The translations under genes and the position numbers were made by a program. From Ascidiella aspersa (Eukaryota), in the NCBI GenBank assembly GCA_963924565.1, contig OZ004608.1, positions 9,362,001-9,426,000 on the forward strand: DNA of 64,000 bases. Direction: 5' to 3'. Below are positions 24,346-37,515 of this stretch, piece by piece. The notes under the pieces are model-generated. The model ran no database searches, was not told where the DNA came from, and worked only from the letters and a program-made list of their open reading frames with translations. The first letter of the stretch is position 1. Each line of letters starts with the position of its first letter.

Positions 24346-25788
24346 TTTCAGATCTGGGTTTTATGTGTTCCCCAGTTCGGTGCTTTTACTTTTATGCAAT
24401 TTTTAATGTTCGAGAATGTTTTCTTTCGTTTACTGTAATTTATAATCTGTATTTTGTAATCTTTGAAAGTTGTGAATTCTTTCAAAGTACTTTTAAAGTT
24501 CAATCGTTAAACCTGAGCTAGCATATTTTAGGTTTCGCTGTGTTACTTGCTTAACTTGCATGATGATTCTACTAATTATGTTCATGTGCCACTGGTACGA
24601 TTTAAATAATTAAAAATGTAACATACACCAAGCTCGACAGCTCGACTAATGCTTGTTTTAGATCAGCCTTACTGATATTACTAGAATAAAGAAAATACAA
24701 ATCGAACAACATTTTACGATGAAGTGATTTTATATTTGCGTATAAAGTGCAGAAGTCAATCGACTTAGATGAAGAATTTTAGTACAAGTTTGCACCTTGA
24801 AAATGTGGAAAAAAAACCTGAAAGGTCGTAACAATTAATGAACTCTGAAAAGAGTTAAACAATGTGGATATATGAGGCCAGAACAGGTTAATAATATCAT
24901 CAGGTAAGTTTGTATATAGTACCACTGTTGGTCACTTTTTTTAAAAAAAGTTAACGTAATTATGAACTTTGTCACGATTTTTTAAGACAAAAATTAATTT
25001 GAAAGTAGTTTTAAAATACAATGATTGAAGAAAGTCGTAAAAATTAATAAACTACCAAAGAGGTAAAACTTAAGGATACTTGGGGATGAGACACGTCAAT
25101 GCCACTTTTTGTTAAAACTAACAAATATTATAACTTTTTAGAATAACAAGATGTAAAATATAGCCTACTTGTTAATAAATGTTATGAACTTCGTATTGGT
25201 AAGCTTAAATTTTCACTTCTACCCTGACGCTGATGCTCAGGATTAGGGCATGATTTTTAAAAAGAGCGTAAAGAGCTATTTTTCTATTCAGCAAAAGATC
25301 AAACAGTTCTTAAAAATACGACCATATGCTGCTAAGTACCTTTAAATTTGGAATCGGTAAGACGGGAATTTTTTGTTTTGGCAAGAGGGGAATCTCCATT
25401 TTTTCCTGGTGAGTTTTACAAATAAAAATTCAGTAGATTCGTGTTTGGACCCAGAAAAATGTTTCCCTCTGGTCAGTATTTCATGTTCTGCAATTACCGC
25501 GTCGTTGGTAATAGGCTAAGGCTAGAGCTTATAATCGAGAGTTTAATTTCTGTTCTAAGAATTAACCTACATCAAAATCTTAATGTAACGATATTTTAGC
25601 AAAATAAGTTTCTAGGTGGAAATTAGTCGATTAGAATATCGACTAAAAGGGTGCACAGGTAAAAAGGTAGGAAACCACTGGGCTAAGCCGAATTGGTCAA
25701 CAATTATCATTCCCCAAAAAACGTTTACAGCAATTAACCAGCCAATTTTCCCACAGCGGTCGAGGGAGCACATAGGTTGCACAGAAGC

Positions 25789-28700
25789 TCAATCTCTCAA
25801 CGACTGGCAAATGGGATCTTTGGGATGCAACCAGCAGTGTACCGACAGCATTCGGCTGCGATCCTTTTGAAACTTGAACGTGTTGATCGAGGGTGGAAGC
25901 TGTAGTGTGTTTTTGTACGCATAGCTTAAGGTCGCCTGTAAAAGTCAGATGAAACACGATCGGTCAAAAATCTGCTTAGGAAACTTCGATAAGTCAAATT
26001 TGTCCGATTGCACGATTTAGAGCAAAATGCAAATGATTGTGCTTCAATATAAGTTAGGTTCTAACTTAAGAGTTGACTAAATATACAACTTTTAACATTA
26101 TTAAATCCGCATTTATATTGCAGACGAATATTAAAGTAAACTTTTTTTCGAGTTTGTGGCATGAATAACACTGTACTACAGTTAAAATCAGGTGTATTCG
26201 ATTTAATATGACTTTGAATTTGGTTGTGTTTTAAGTTTTTCTTAGTTTAAAAGTAACTTGGGTTAACTTAAATTCTACATTTTGTTTAACCAATTGATTT
26301 GGATGGTCAAAACAACTTGTTTTAAACAAAGTATAGGCCTATAAATGTCGCAATAGCCAGTTGCATATGAAGCCTTTTATTTCAATTTGTGTTTTACTAT
26401 AGGTAGGCTACTTCGTGATAAATAGGTGGTCTCTATTAGACAGAAACACTATCAAAAAATGTATCAGCAACTTTTAATTTTTCTGCGGTTGTTCAATTAC
26501 GGTTGACGATATATTAACGGCACCAGGCCCGGATCTTGGAGGGGGACAACTGATCTTGCCCGCACCCCTTGTTGTTTCTACGAAGGCCTTGATTGTTGTT
26601 TTTACGAAGGACTTGACTTTTACGTAAGTTATTTTTTTATATAAAGACTTTTCAAATTCAAAATGACTTGTTTACAACACTGCTTGGCATGCTTTATTCC
26701 AAAGTTCTTACCGCGTTCATCCAGTCCGACTCGTTAAGCGTTTCCAGCTTCTCACGGTGTGAATGAAATCGGAACGACTCGACGAATGGAACCTTCAGCA
26801 TGTAGGTGATGACGTAACCGAGGGTGCAATCGTCTGTGTTAGAAGCCAGGTTTTCACACGCGTTCACGAAAGTCCCATTTCTATAAAAATAGATTTTTCG
26901 ATTTTGGAATTGAAAAATATTTTTTTCAAAATCTACACCTTCTGTGGATGACAACAGACTTGATTAATAACAGCGATCTTAGGGGTCCGTAACTCATTTG
27001 TCTGTACAAACTTGGCAAGCAGATTGTCTTATCTTCTTTTCTTTCAACCTCTCCAATTATATTTTCCCTTTTCGCTTTACCATCACCATTACATCTTGCC
27101 ATTACATTACATCATTACATCTGGTTACATCTTCCAACATTTGGGCAGTAGGATGGCCCACTTTTAGTGACATATACTTTTTAACTTATATTTACGCATT
27201 TCGCTTTAAATCCTGTTGTTGTTTTTACTTTCTTATTGATTGCTACCAACCAGTTTTTCGTTTGCACTGCTTTTTTTTATTACGTCAGAAAAAAGTAAAC
27301 AATAGAAAAGAGTAAAGAATAGATCCAAAGGCTAAAATATCAAACAGGGTTACGCAATTATTTGGCTACAAAAATCGCAACCTAAACCTAATCTTACCCA
27401 CAAATCGGGTTCATTCTTTGCCACAGGGTCCTTGTAATGCACAATCCTGCCCCGCCATGCGCAAACTCATATTTCTGGTACCCTTTATTCGTCCATCGCT
27501 GTAAAATAAAATATTTCGGGCAATCTAACGCTTTAAGGCAAGGCCTGTACGACTGAATGTACGTAGAGCCTTATTTGTATTAAATTGAACACAAACTTAC
27601 TACTAGCACAAAAAAAACAGTTAGTTTTAAAAGTCATTGTGACATATGCTAATTTCCTTTTTATACCAACCTAAAACTGTTGTAAATCTTTTTCACCTAG
27701 GTACATTGTACAGATCTGTAAAATGTAGCTTGATAATGAATTTCAAAACCAAAAAGGTCGAGTAGATCGATATCAACTTGTTTAAATATGTTTCGCTCCG
27801 AACTTGTATTATCTTTAGGTAATGTGACTGAGAAGTAAATTAAAACATCATTTATAAAAGGTTTTACTCAGGTTTTTAACCCTTGAGTTTTTTTGTTTAT
27901 AAAAGGTGGGGCGCAATTCTTATATTTCTAATAGAAACTTGACCTTTTCGGCTTTGAAAGTCATTATCAAATTTTAAACATGTTTTAATAAATTCATCAC
28001 CTTGTGAAATGGCACGCTTTTTCTGCCTAGGTAGATGGAATCGCTTGCCCGATATTGGTTAAGTACTTCCAGTAGATGATCCACGTTCACGTAGTTGTCA
28101 TCATCGAAACGGCACCACCACCTTGTGTAATTGAAATGGTAAACGAAAGGCACAAAACACCTTGTCTTATCTCTAAGGATCAGGGAAAGTAATCTGTCAT
28201 GTATACAACTGGTTGCTTTGTAGAAAACTGGTGACTGCACAATTCTGATTTTAGAAGTGGGGATATAATTACAAACTCGGCACGAAAACCTGGGTTTGTG
28301 ACCATTATAAAAGCAACCGATTTTCAACAAAGTTTTTCACAAAAAATAGACAGAAATATCTTTAAACCTTCCCATGCCAAAACATGTGTGGGCAAAAATT
28401 CCTTTTTTGTGGTTTTCATTTCGTTGATGGTCGCGATGCTCAGTGTTGTAATGACTTAAGTCAATGACTTGACTTAAGTGCACTTAAGTCACTGTTTTTA
28501 AATGACTTGACTTGACTTAAGTCATTTGGGCAAAATGACTTGACTTGACTTAAGTATTTCAGACAAGTGACTTGACTTGACTTAAGTCTTTTGAACAAAT
28601 GACTTGGGTTTGAAATAAAGCAACTATTTTTTTGGTAAGATTAAGCTATTTGTCCAATTTTTGTACAAAAAACAAATTGCTTGCTATATGTTCCGTTTTC

Positions 28701-31700
28701 CTTATTTTTTAGTTCAGTTATTGTTCATAGTCATACGAGTTTAAAAATTCTAATAGTTTAACGTTTTCTTTTTTGACAAGGACATGACTTGAAGTTGACT
28801 TGTTACAATTATGACTTGTCTGGGACTTGACTTGTTATTTGTTCGAAAAGACTTGACTTGGACTTAAGTTATTTTACAAATAACTTGACTGGGACTTAAG
28901 TCGTTTTATAATGACTTGTTTACAACACTGGCCGATGCTTGATAGTAAAGCAGCTGTGCCAATTTGGGGCGTTCATTCTTATATTAAGCCCTCGGTATGC
29001 TATTTGTTAACGAAAAAGTATGACAAACTTACTTTTTGTTCGCATGAGGAAGAAACAAATCGAATTCTTCGCCAGTTTTGCAGCACAAGTCTTTCCTGAA
29101 ATGAAAACGAATTTAGAATTAAGGAAGAAAATCAATTAACATTTACGATGTCCAGATACACGTGACAATAATATTATAACCCCTTTCAAACTGTATATAA
29201 GAGCGTTTCGAGCAAAACTTAACAAACGTGAAATCTTGTCGTTCAGCTTGATCGGTCGCTGAAATCTCTGTCATTGGACAGTGGGGCGCTTTTTAGAAAA
29301 TTTACTCGTTATGCGAAGGTAAACCAGCCTGAAAAAATAAGCGCTTTGGAATACAAAGGCCCACGTATACAAAGGCGGTCGTTTTTGTATATGTGGGAGC
29401 TGTGCCGCAGAGCGGATACCAGCCACCCCCGTAAACTAGAAGCCCAATAATAAAAAACGGAGTTTAAGTTCAACAGGGATAGCGCAAATAACCTGTTTAT
29501 TGCGTGGGCTGCCAATAATAACATAACTACAACTATACGTATGGTATCTTTGGTCCAACTGTGCACGTTAATTGTGCTTTCATAATGTACATCAAACATG
29601 ACACAACGAATTACTGAAAACGTTTTTTCAAATTGAAAAAATAATGTCTTTTCATCTTATTTTGTAAAAAAAGCACATTTTAAACGCGATTTTTTTACAT
29701 CGCATTAGTTATTACTATAAAATGGTTCCTACAGCGATTTAAACTATTTTCGCTTTGATCATTGAAATTTGTAAAGTGAGTCAAACATTATTTAGAACAG
29801 TGGTTCCCAACCTTTTTTGTTACATTCCTCCCTTGGCCCATTTTCGAACTATTCATTCCTCCCCACGAAAAACAAATATAACGTAAAAAATTATAGCATT
29901 TTGAAATATATTTATTTCACATTACAACTCAATGCGAAATTTGCTCTTGTTTGCGCTCTGAAAGTAGTTGTATACGCGGCGCAGTTTGTGACAGTGCACA
30001 ACGCAAGTCATCCTCAACATCAAGTTTGTTTCTTGGTTTGCTCCTAATCTGCAACAGAGCAGAAAATCCTGACTCACATAGGTAAGTCGACACAAAAGGA
30101 ATAAGAATGCGAAAAGCTGTTTCTGTTGTTTTGGGGTAAGAATCTTTTATTTCCATCCAGAACTGTTGAAGAAGTTTTTCTTGATACACTTGCCTTGCCG
30201 AAGAGTCATTCTTTGCTCTAAAAATTCGTCCTGGCCTTTATCAGATGTCTCTGGAAAGTATCTTTCGAATTCCCTTCTCAAGGGTTGACAAATGCTTTAA
30301 AATTCCTTTTTTAATTAGCTCTGGCATTTTATCTGCTCTGCTATCCACAAGCATATCCAGTTTTTCAAACATTGCACAATTTTGTATTTCGATTTTTCTT
30401 TTCCAATTAGTCAATTTAGCTTTGAAAGCCTTCAGTGCATCAACAAACTTAATAATATTGGTATTTCTACCCTGCATCTGTAGGTTGAGTTTGTTTAATA
30501 AGCAAGAGAGAGTATCCATTGTTTATCATCTAGCCAACAGTAATAATACTCCATCTTGTTCTTAAGTTTACAAAATTCCTTTAATTATCTTCTAAGTTCA
30601 AAGACTCTTCGCGTAACGTTTTCTTTGGATAGCCATCGAGTTTGAGTGTGATGGAGAAGCACCTGGTGGTCTTAGTCCAAATCTTCACAGAATGTATTTA
30701 AAAGCCGGGAAGTCAAAGCTCCTGATGAAATTACCTATTGGAATCATCTTATGTAGAACCTTATCAAGTGATTCAGGTAATGTTTTGGAAGCTAGGGCTT
30801 GCCTGTGCAACATGCAGTGAACACCTTTGCTTCTTGGAGATCGGTTCTTTACAGAAGCTTGAAAGCCCGAATGGCACCACAACATCGCTGGCGCACCATC
30901 AGTACAGCAGCCAGCAAGATTTTTCCAATCCAAATTCCCAGCCACAAAACAGGATAAAACTTTCAGAACATCTGCTGCTTTTGTAGTCGTTTCAAGAGGA
31001 GAGCAAAAAAAAAAACTCTTCCTTAAATGCACCATTGAAAACATATTTTGCAAACACCATCAACTGTGCACATGAAGATATGTCAATAGATTCATCCTGC
31101 TGGATGGCAAAAAGACCAAACGGATCAGTTTTGATTTGTTGCACTACCTGACTTTTTATATCATCAGACAAATCTTTGATTCGTCTTTGAATCGTGTTAT
31201 TGGATAGCGAAGCTGCCGCTAGCTTTTTTTGTGCATTTTTTCCAAGTACTACATCTGCCATTTTTAGAGCACAAGGCTTGGTCAATATATTCCCAATAGT
31301 GTGTGACGTTTTCTGCTTTGCCATTTCAAGTGCCACTAAAAACGATGCTTCAACAAGTCCGTTAAAAAAATTCAACAGAAGCATCCAGTCTCAGCATTTT
31401 CAGAGCTTTATTGTGACGTTCGAAAACACTTTTTTTCTTATTTTGTAGATGTTGCTTAAGCTTCGTTGGTCTTATTGAGTCGTTGAAGAGTACTTTATTA
31501 CAACGTACGCACTGTGGCTTTTCCTCACCGCTTTCAGTGATTGCTGTAAATCCATACTAAATATATATCTCATTATATTTTCTTTTTTTACTACCCATGT
31601 CTCCTAAATACTAGTAGTATTTGACTAAAACTTAGGCTACAGCTAAAATCTACACTAGATAATAATATGTAACTAAGAATCTAGTTTCATTACACATACT

Positions 31701-33257
31701 GTTTACTAACTGTCAACTGTTCAATTGTTAAGCAACTAAGCAACAGCCAGATTGTCAAAAAACAAATATGGCAAAACAATGGACTTTGTTACGACAATAA
31801 TCGATTAATTTTACCCTTTGAAATGTGACATGCGGCAGTTTTTACAAGTAGAGCTTATAATTAGGGAGGTCAATTTCAGAACACTTTACAACCAGTTCTA
31901 AATGTGAGCCGGGTCCAAATCATAATAGACATCCCCAATTTATATACAAAAATGCTCGGCAACATTTTCAACGTATTTTTTTTTTAGTTTTTATGAAATT
32001 CCTCTGCTGAACTCATAAAATTCCTCCCTAGGGAGGAATTCCTCCTCGGTTGGGAACCACTGATTTAGAATATAGGTATCGAAATTATGTAGGCAATTGT
32101 ATAAAAAGGGCTGTCAGTGTCGCTTATTATTGTTGCACGGAATATTTATCGTTTGTGCGTGCGATTTTGTTTCTATATCACATCGTTTGCAACGTCTTTG
32201 TTCTTTTCACTTATTTTCCCCTTTCGTGAAGTATATCGTTTTATCTACATTTCCTCTATTGAATACAGTTTGAAGGCATTTCGGGTAGCGCTTGGCTTTC
32301 GCCAAATTGATAAGTGGGGCACCTGAAATTCGTGTAACACTATCAGTGTGTAATTACATGCTACACTGCGTTCGAACCTTTCGTGACTTTTCCCGCAGCT
32401 TGTATTGTGCATGCGACCGCCGCTTTTGCGTTGGTATTCTTCATCGTTCTCGTCCGTGACAAAGTAGATCTACAAGAGCAGTATTATAATGACATCTGCC
32501 TAAGCCAGTGATTTTTAATCTGTAAGTAATATCCCCAACGAATAATTGATATTTTCCCACAATAATATCGGATGATATATATTAACCATTAAAAAGCCAA
32601 CATTAGTATTCAACTTTCAGTTTGGAACTTTTGATTGTTTATTTGAATGAAAATTAATACAGTCCAATTATAAATTGCACCAATCAATTCTTTCTTGATT
32701 ACTTAGGTAGAAGTGAACGTAAGGTTTAGAAGAAGTGAACGTAAGGTTTGTATAAAATAAAGAATGTCATTAGACAAAATGATTCATTAAAACATGGCTT
32801 ATCTTGAACTGGGTTAGACAAGGCTATGTATTTATACCATCTTTTCTTCAATAGATTTACTTCGAGCAAAGTGCAGCTTTGTAGGTATAGGACGTTTGAC
32901 ATGGACGAGACTAAAAAGGGGTTCACGAATAAAACCATTTAAACAGTTCTTGCCAATCTCTTTTATGGTTATATTGGTATAACTAACCTGGTCCCTCGAA
33001 ATGTGCTTAAACCACGTGTTGAGAATTATCTCCAACTTGGTTCCGTGATTCTTTTTACAAGTTTTAACTGTGAACAAAACGTCGCTTAACAAGGTCTGCA
33101 AAGTATTAACTCCTTCCTTTTCCTTTTGGAGATGCGGTTTCACTTTGTCGATATTATAAACGGCAAACAGAGTACAAAGCGTCACCGCAAGAAATCCGAG
33201 GCGAATAAGACTCCGTTTTTTCCTCAAAAATTCCATTAGACTCGTAGTTGACAGCAT
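25789..33257 (-). CDS. Fringe-like beta-1,3-N-acetylglucosaminyltransferase (GT31), copy 1, 7 exons, ~320 aa
   Basis: Exons (minus) 33257-32988, 32469-32378, 29095-29033, 28121-28001, 27498-27398, 26880-26712, 25935-25789 = 963 nt in frame. Type II TM anchor; motifs VKT..NH, WWCRFDDDNYVN (DxD), FAHGGAG, DDCTLGY, FHSH, SVHCWLHP, all typical of the Fringe family. Confidence 0.92.
28441..28930. mobile_element. MITE with internal (TGACT)n microrepeats
   Basis: TIR CAGTGTTGTAA / TTACAACACTG; imperfect ~8-bp TSD (GCGATGCT). Empty site at ~42240 and ~57907. Confidence 0.8.
29798..32062 (-). mobile_element. hAT (Buster/Charlie-type) DNA transposon with frameshifted transposase, in Fringe copy 1 intron 2
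   Basis: 15-bp TIRs CAGTGGTTCCCAACC / GGTTGGGAACCACTG; 8-bp TSD ATTTAGAA (29790-29797, 32063-32070) with central TA. Transposase pieces ~29929-31598 carry DES, CTDGAPAM, CMLH, TRWLS and STYLCESGFS motifs. Empty site at ~59298 in copy 3. Confidence 0.95.
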
Positions 33258-34163
33258 ACGTTGATTCCATGTGATTTGCTAGAGTAGCAAAATCGCACTC
33301 AAATCGAACAACATTACGAAACTTAAATGTTCAAATTTGTCTAGTTTAAGACAAAAAATTTTTTCAAGACGTATTGTATTCAATAAACCGGCACACTATT
33401 TTTATGTAAGCAGTCGAGCACCTAAAGCATGTGCCAGTTACAGCCTGCGCCTGTCAGCCAGCGTTAACCAACAGTACGTCTTCCATAAAAGCTAAAGCAC
33501 TGCCAAACTCAAAGATTAGAACCTAACGAGTGAAAACCTAAGCCCTTTTAAGACCTTTTAGTTAAATTTCTAGCCGGAAAATTGACTTACCAATATCCAT
33601 TAAAAGACAACATATACACAATGTAAGAATATGCTCAACACCCAGCCTGTGGTTAACTGCCGTCTTCATAATGATTCTCGACACATTGACTCAAACTCAG
33701 GGGGCGGTTCCCCAAACGTTACGCCATTAAATATGGGCAGTTCGCAGACTGTGCCTTCTTAGCGCCACCGCACGGAAGGCAAACGTTAAAAGTTAAACCA
33801 AAAGGCATTTGCAATGTAAATGGTTTAAATCTTCTGAGAAGTAACAGCATAGCACGGGGTTTAATTGTTATTTACTGTGATTGATTGGATTATTGTTGTG
33901 TTTGTTAGTTTACTTTACACTTTTACAGAAACTTGGGATTCCGATACCCAATATTTTGACCAAAAAGTATACTACTGTCATGCATTACCAACTAGTTTAT
34001 GACCTAAAATTGCGGTAGTAGGTTAGAAACTAAGTTAACCACGATAATTTGTCATATTCGGGTTAACATTCACCGAGTAAAAAATACATTTCCAAATAGA
34101 AAGAACACAGGTTATTTATCCTCTTATGTATCCATATATACAAATAAAAATGGTGATATACGT

Positions 34164-34627
34164 CAGGGTTCGGCAACCTTTTTGGCCCTGCGGACCGGTT
34201 TGAAATTACAAATTTTCCGCGGACCGGCTTTAAAAAAACAAAATTTCAGTAAAAGTAATTTATTACAACCTTTTTTTTAATGAACTAATTAAAACGCATA
34301 CGTTCGTTTTGAAAAATTTCCTGCCTGAACATCAAAATAATAAATCATTTTGAAATGCATCTTACATGGCCACAGCACCTGTTTGTTTTGAACCTCACGA
34401 GTTCTTAATACTAATTGAGATTTTTTATCAAACCAATCAACCATGGAGTAACTTTAAACAAAAGTTAATGTGTTTTGAATAGAAAACCACATCTAATTGT
34501 TTTTGAATTATATCTTAGTTTTTTGGCATTTTACGTACGGTTTGGGTTTACATTAAAATTTTAATCTGGCAACCCATGCTACGGACCGGTAACGAACTCC
34601 CTGCGGACCGGCGGTTACCGACCACTG
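34164..34627. mobile_element. hAT-type MITE
   Basis: TIR CAGGGTTCGGCAACC / GGTTACCGACCACTG; 8-bp TSD ATATACGT. Empty site at ~45481. Confidence 0.85.
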
Positions 34628-35126
34628 ATATACGTAATACACGAAAATACGAGCACATAATACGTAACGAATCGAAAGATTTATTGTGAGCGGTTGTATA
34701 ATGTGCGGTGTGCATATATGATCTGCAAAGTAAAATATTTTACAATATGTATTAACAATAAAAAAGGTTTCTAAATAGAAATTACTTGTGGTTCTTTTTT
34801 TGTTTGGCCGTATTTAAACATATTTATATCTGAAAGAATTGTTCAAAACTTTGCAAAAATATTAGAATTTACATCAGTAATATATCAATTAACTAAAGTT
34901 GTGATTTGGGCTTCTATTTGGCTCATTTTGCTCTATTTTTTGTTCTTATAAGCAAGAATGAGTTCGTGTTGAAAATCTGAGAAGCTGTGTAAATAACAGA
35001 AGCCTTAAAAACAAAAAAAATGTGAGTGAGATCTAGAAATAATTTTTAGCTCTTATATCCCCAAAATTTCTTAGTAAATTTTACATACGAAACACATGAA
35101 AACACTGTAATATATAAAGTCTAAAC

Positions 35127-35959
35127 AAAAACTAGCCAGAATCGAGGGTTAGGCTTGTTCTGTTGAAATGGGTAGAATTTTCTTGGAATAAATGTAAGGA
35201 TGAGCAAAGGCAAAAGGACCGTGACAGCATCCTTTTTCGATTCGACTAAAAATGGGGCCGAGTGGTTTAGAATCCATGTGTGCTTCCATTAGTTGGTCCT
35301 AATGTATTAAACTGCATTTCAGATAACGGTTTTCTCCCTACGACTCTTTGTATTTATAGGTGGTCCAGTCTTGTGGTTGCACAGGTGCATTCAACCTCGT
35401 AACGTTCAAAAACCTTTCATCCTCTAGATTTATTTTATTACGTGCAATAAAGTTGTGGTGTTCTTGTAACAAAAAAAATCTATAAAAAATCAAACTTCAT
35501 GAATTCTTCTTTTATGTTTGCTACATTACATCATACCCAAACACAATCAAACTCTAACACTGACGTAGAACAAAGTTTATTCAGGGATAAAGTACATATC
35601 TTCTTTTACCTATTTTTTTTCTCTTTGTCGTGGGGGTTAATTAATGTTGCATTCAGACACGTTTAAAATGGCGACTCTGTCCTCTACTTAACTTCACAAA
35701 AAAAAAAAAAATTTTGTCCTGAATTAAAATCCTTGATGTCCACATGAATTAGTAAAAACGATAAAATCATTTCAACATTTTCTTTTGTGACATATGCTAA
35801 CAATTGTTCGTTTTTTTTAAGATCTTCGTCTTCGTTGCCACCATCTTGCAGAAGTTTAGAATCCTACCCGACCCAGACAACCCCATTCCTATAGCGGAGG
35901 GTATATTAGGCGTGGTCTACGCTCCTCATCACTTTAAGATGAAGTTAGAAGAACGCTAA
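35127..35959 (+). pseudogene. Orphan 3' fragment of CYP-D: exon 9 tail, intron 9 and intact exon 10 copy at 35822-35959
   Basis: gccagaatcgag(g)gttagg at ~35135 matches the end of CYP-D exon 9. After the acceptor ttttaag the exon reads IFVFVATILQKFRILPDPDNPIPIAEGILGVVYAPHHFKMKLEER*. Confidence 0.88.
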
Positions 35960-37515
35960 ACGATTAGAGATCATTTCCTGTTGTCAATACTCACAGTGTA
36001 GCGGAGTTATAGGTTACTTTATGTTTTTTGAGCCGGTGTTCTTTTTTCTAATTAAAAAAAAAAATAGGAAAACTGAGAAATGCCGAATAAAGCAATTCCA
36101 AAAACGACAGTCTTTTCAATTAGTCGCTTTTTAACGTTTGATTAATATGGGTTCGTTTGAAAAAATATATATATATTTTAGGGTGCATGCGTTGCTTTTC
36201 TTCCCATTGTTTGGCGAGCACTAACCTTTAAACTTTTGCGCTGTTGTATACAATTTAAACATGACGAAAAGTTTGGTTGATTTGCCCTTGTATATGATTT
36301 GGCTGTGCCGCCGCAATCGGATTCCAACGTTGTGTCCACTGTACTAATTCTGTTCCCTCCAATATACACGTTTACCAACCGCGTATCTGCATATTTAATC
36401 GCAATCTTTTATACTAAAATCACACTTTTACCAACAATGCAAATTTGTCAAATTACACGTTTACTGACTGCGCATCCGCTTTTTTTAATCGCAAATTTTT
36501 TTACTAACTTTTAGCAACAATGCAAATTTGTCAAATTACACGTTAACTAACCGCGTATCCGCTTTTCTTAATCGCAATTTTTATAATAGAATCACACTTT
36601 TACTAACAATGCAAATTTGTCTTTTCAGATCTGGGTTTTTATGTGTTCCTCAGTTCGGTGCTTTTACTTTTATGCAATTGTTAATGTACGAGAATGTTTT
36701 CTTTCATTTACTGTAATTTATAATCTGTATTTTGTAATCTTTTAAAGTTGTGAATTCTTTCAAAGTACTTTTAAAGTTCATTCGTTAACCCTGAGCCAGC
36801 GTATTTTAGGTTTCGCTGTGTTTAGCTTCAATGCATGCAATCGCCTAACTTGCGTGATGATTCTACTAATTATGTTCATGTGCCACTGGTACGGTTTAAA
36901 TAATTCAAAAAGAAATTATACCCCAAGTTCGACATTTTGACTAATGCTTGTTTCAGATCAGCGTTACTGACATCACTAGAATAAAGAGAGTACAATTTGA
37001 ACTACATTTAACAAGGAAGTGCATAATTTACATTTGCATAGAAAGTACAGAAGTCAAGGTGAAGAATTTAGTAAAAGTTTGCACCTTGAAATATTACAAA
37101 ATAAAATTAATAAGGTCGTGACATTTAATGAACTTTGAAAAGGGTTAAACAAGGGGATATATCAGGCCAAAACAGGTTAATAATCTTAGCAGGTCAGTTG
37201 TTTTTAAGTGGGATAAGTACTATTTGTCACTTTTGCGAAAAAATATACCGTAGTATGAACTTTGCATTAAGACAAGAATTAATTTGAAAAGTAGTTTTAA
37301 AATACACAGATTGAAGAAAGTCGTACCAATTAATGAACTATGAAAGGAGTAAAACTTAAGGATATTTGTATATGGAACACGTCAATGCCACAGTAACAAG
37401 TTTTATAGCTTGTAAGTCCAATTGGTCAACAATTATTATCCCCAAAAACGTTTGCAGCAATTAACCAGCCAATTTTCCCACAGCGGTCGGGAGATCTCAT
37501 AGGATGTACAGAGGC

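Noticed and set aside
25697-25957. Alternative-frame ORFs and stop-codon readthrough at the Fringe last exon (also 37436-37684, 50184-50408)
   Set aside because: Shadow frames of the real exon. The stop is TGA in two copies and TAA in one, and downstream sequence is not frame-conserved.
29929-31598. Domesticated ZBED/Buster-derived host gene
   Set aside because: Multiple frameshifts and stops, intact TIRs and TSD, and an empty paralogous site show it is a decayed transposon.
32832-32987. ORF extension beyond Fringe exon 1 (VSYTNITIKE...)
   Set aside because: Read-through into intron 1 past a GTTAGT donor conserved in all three copies; length differs among copies.
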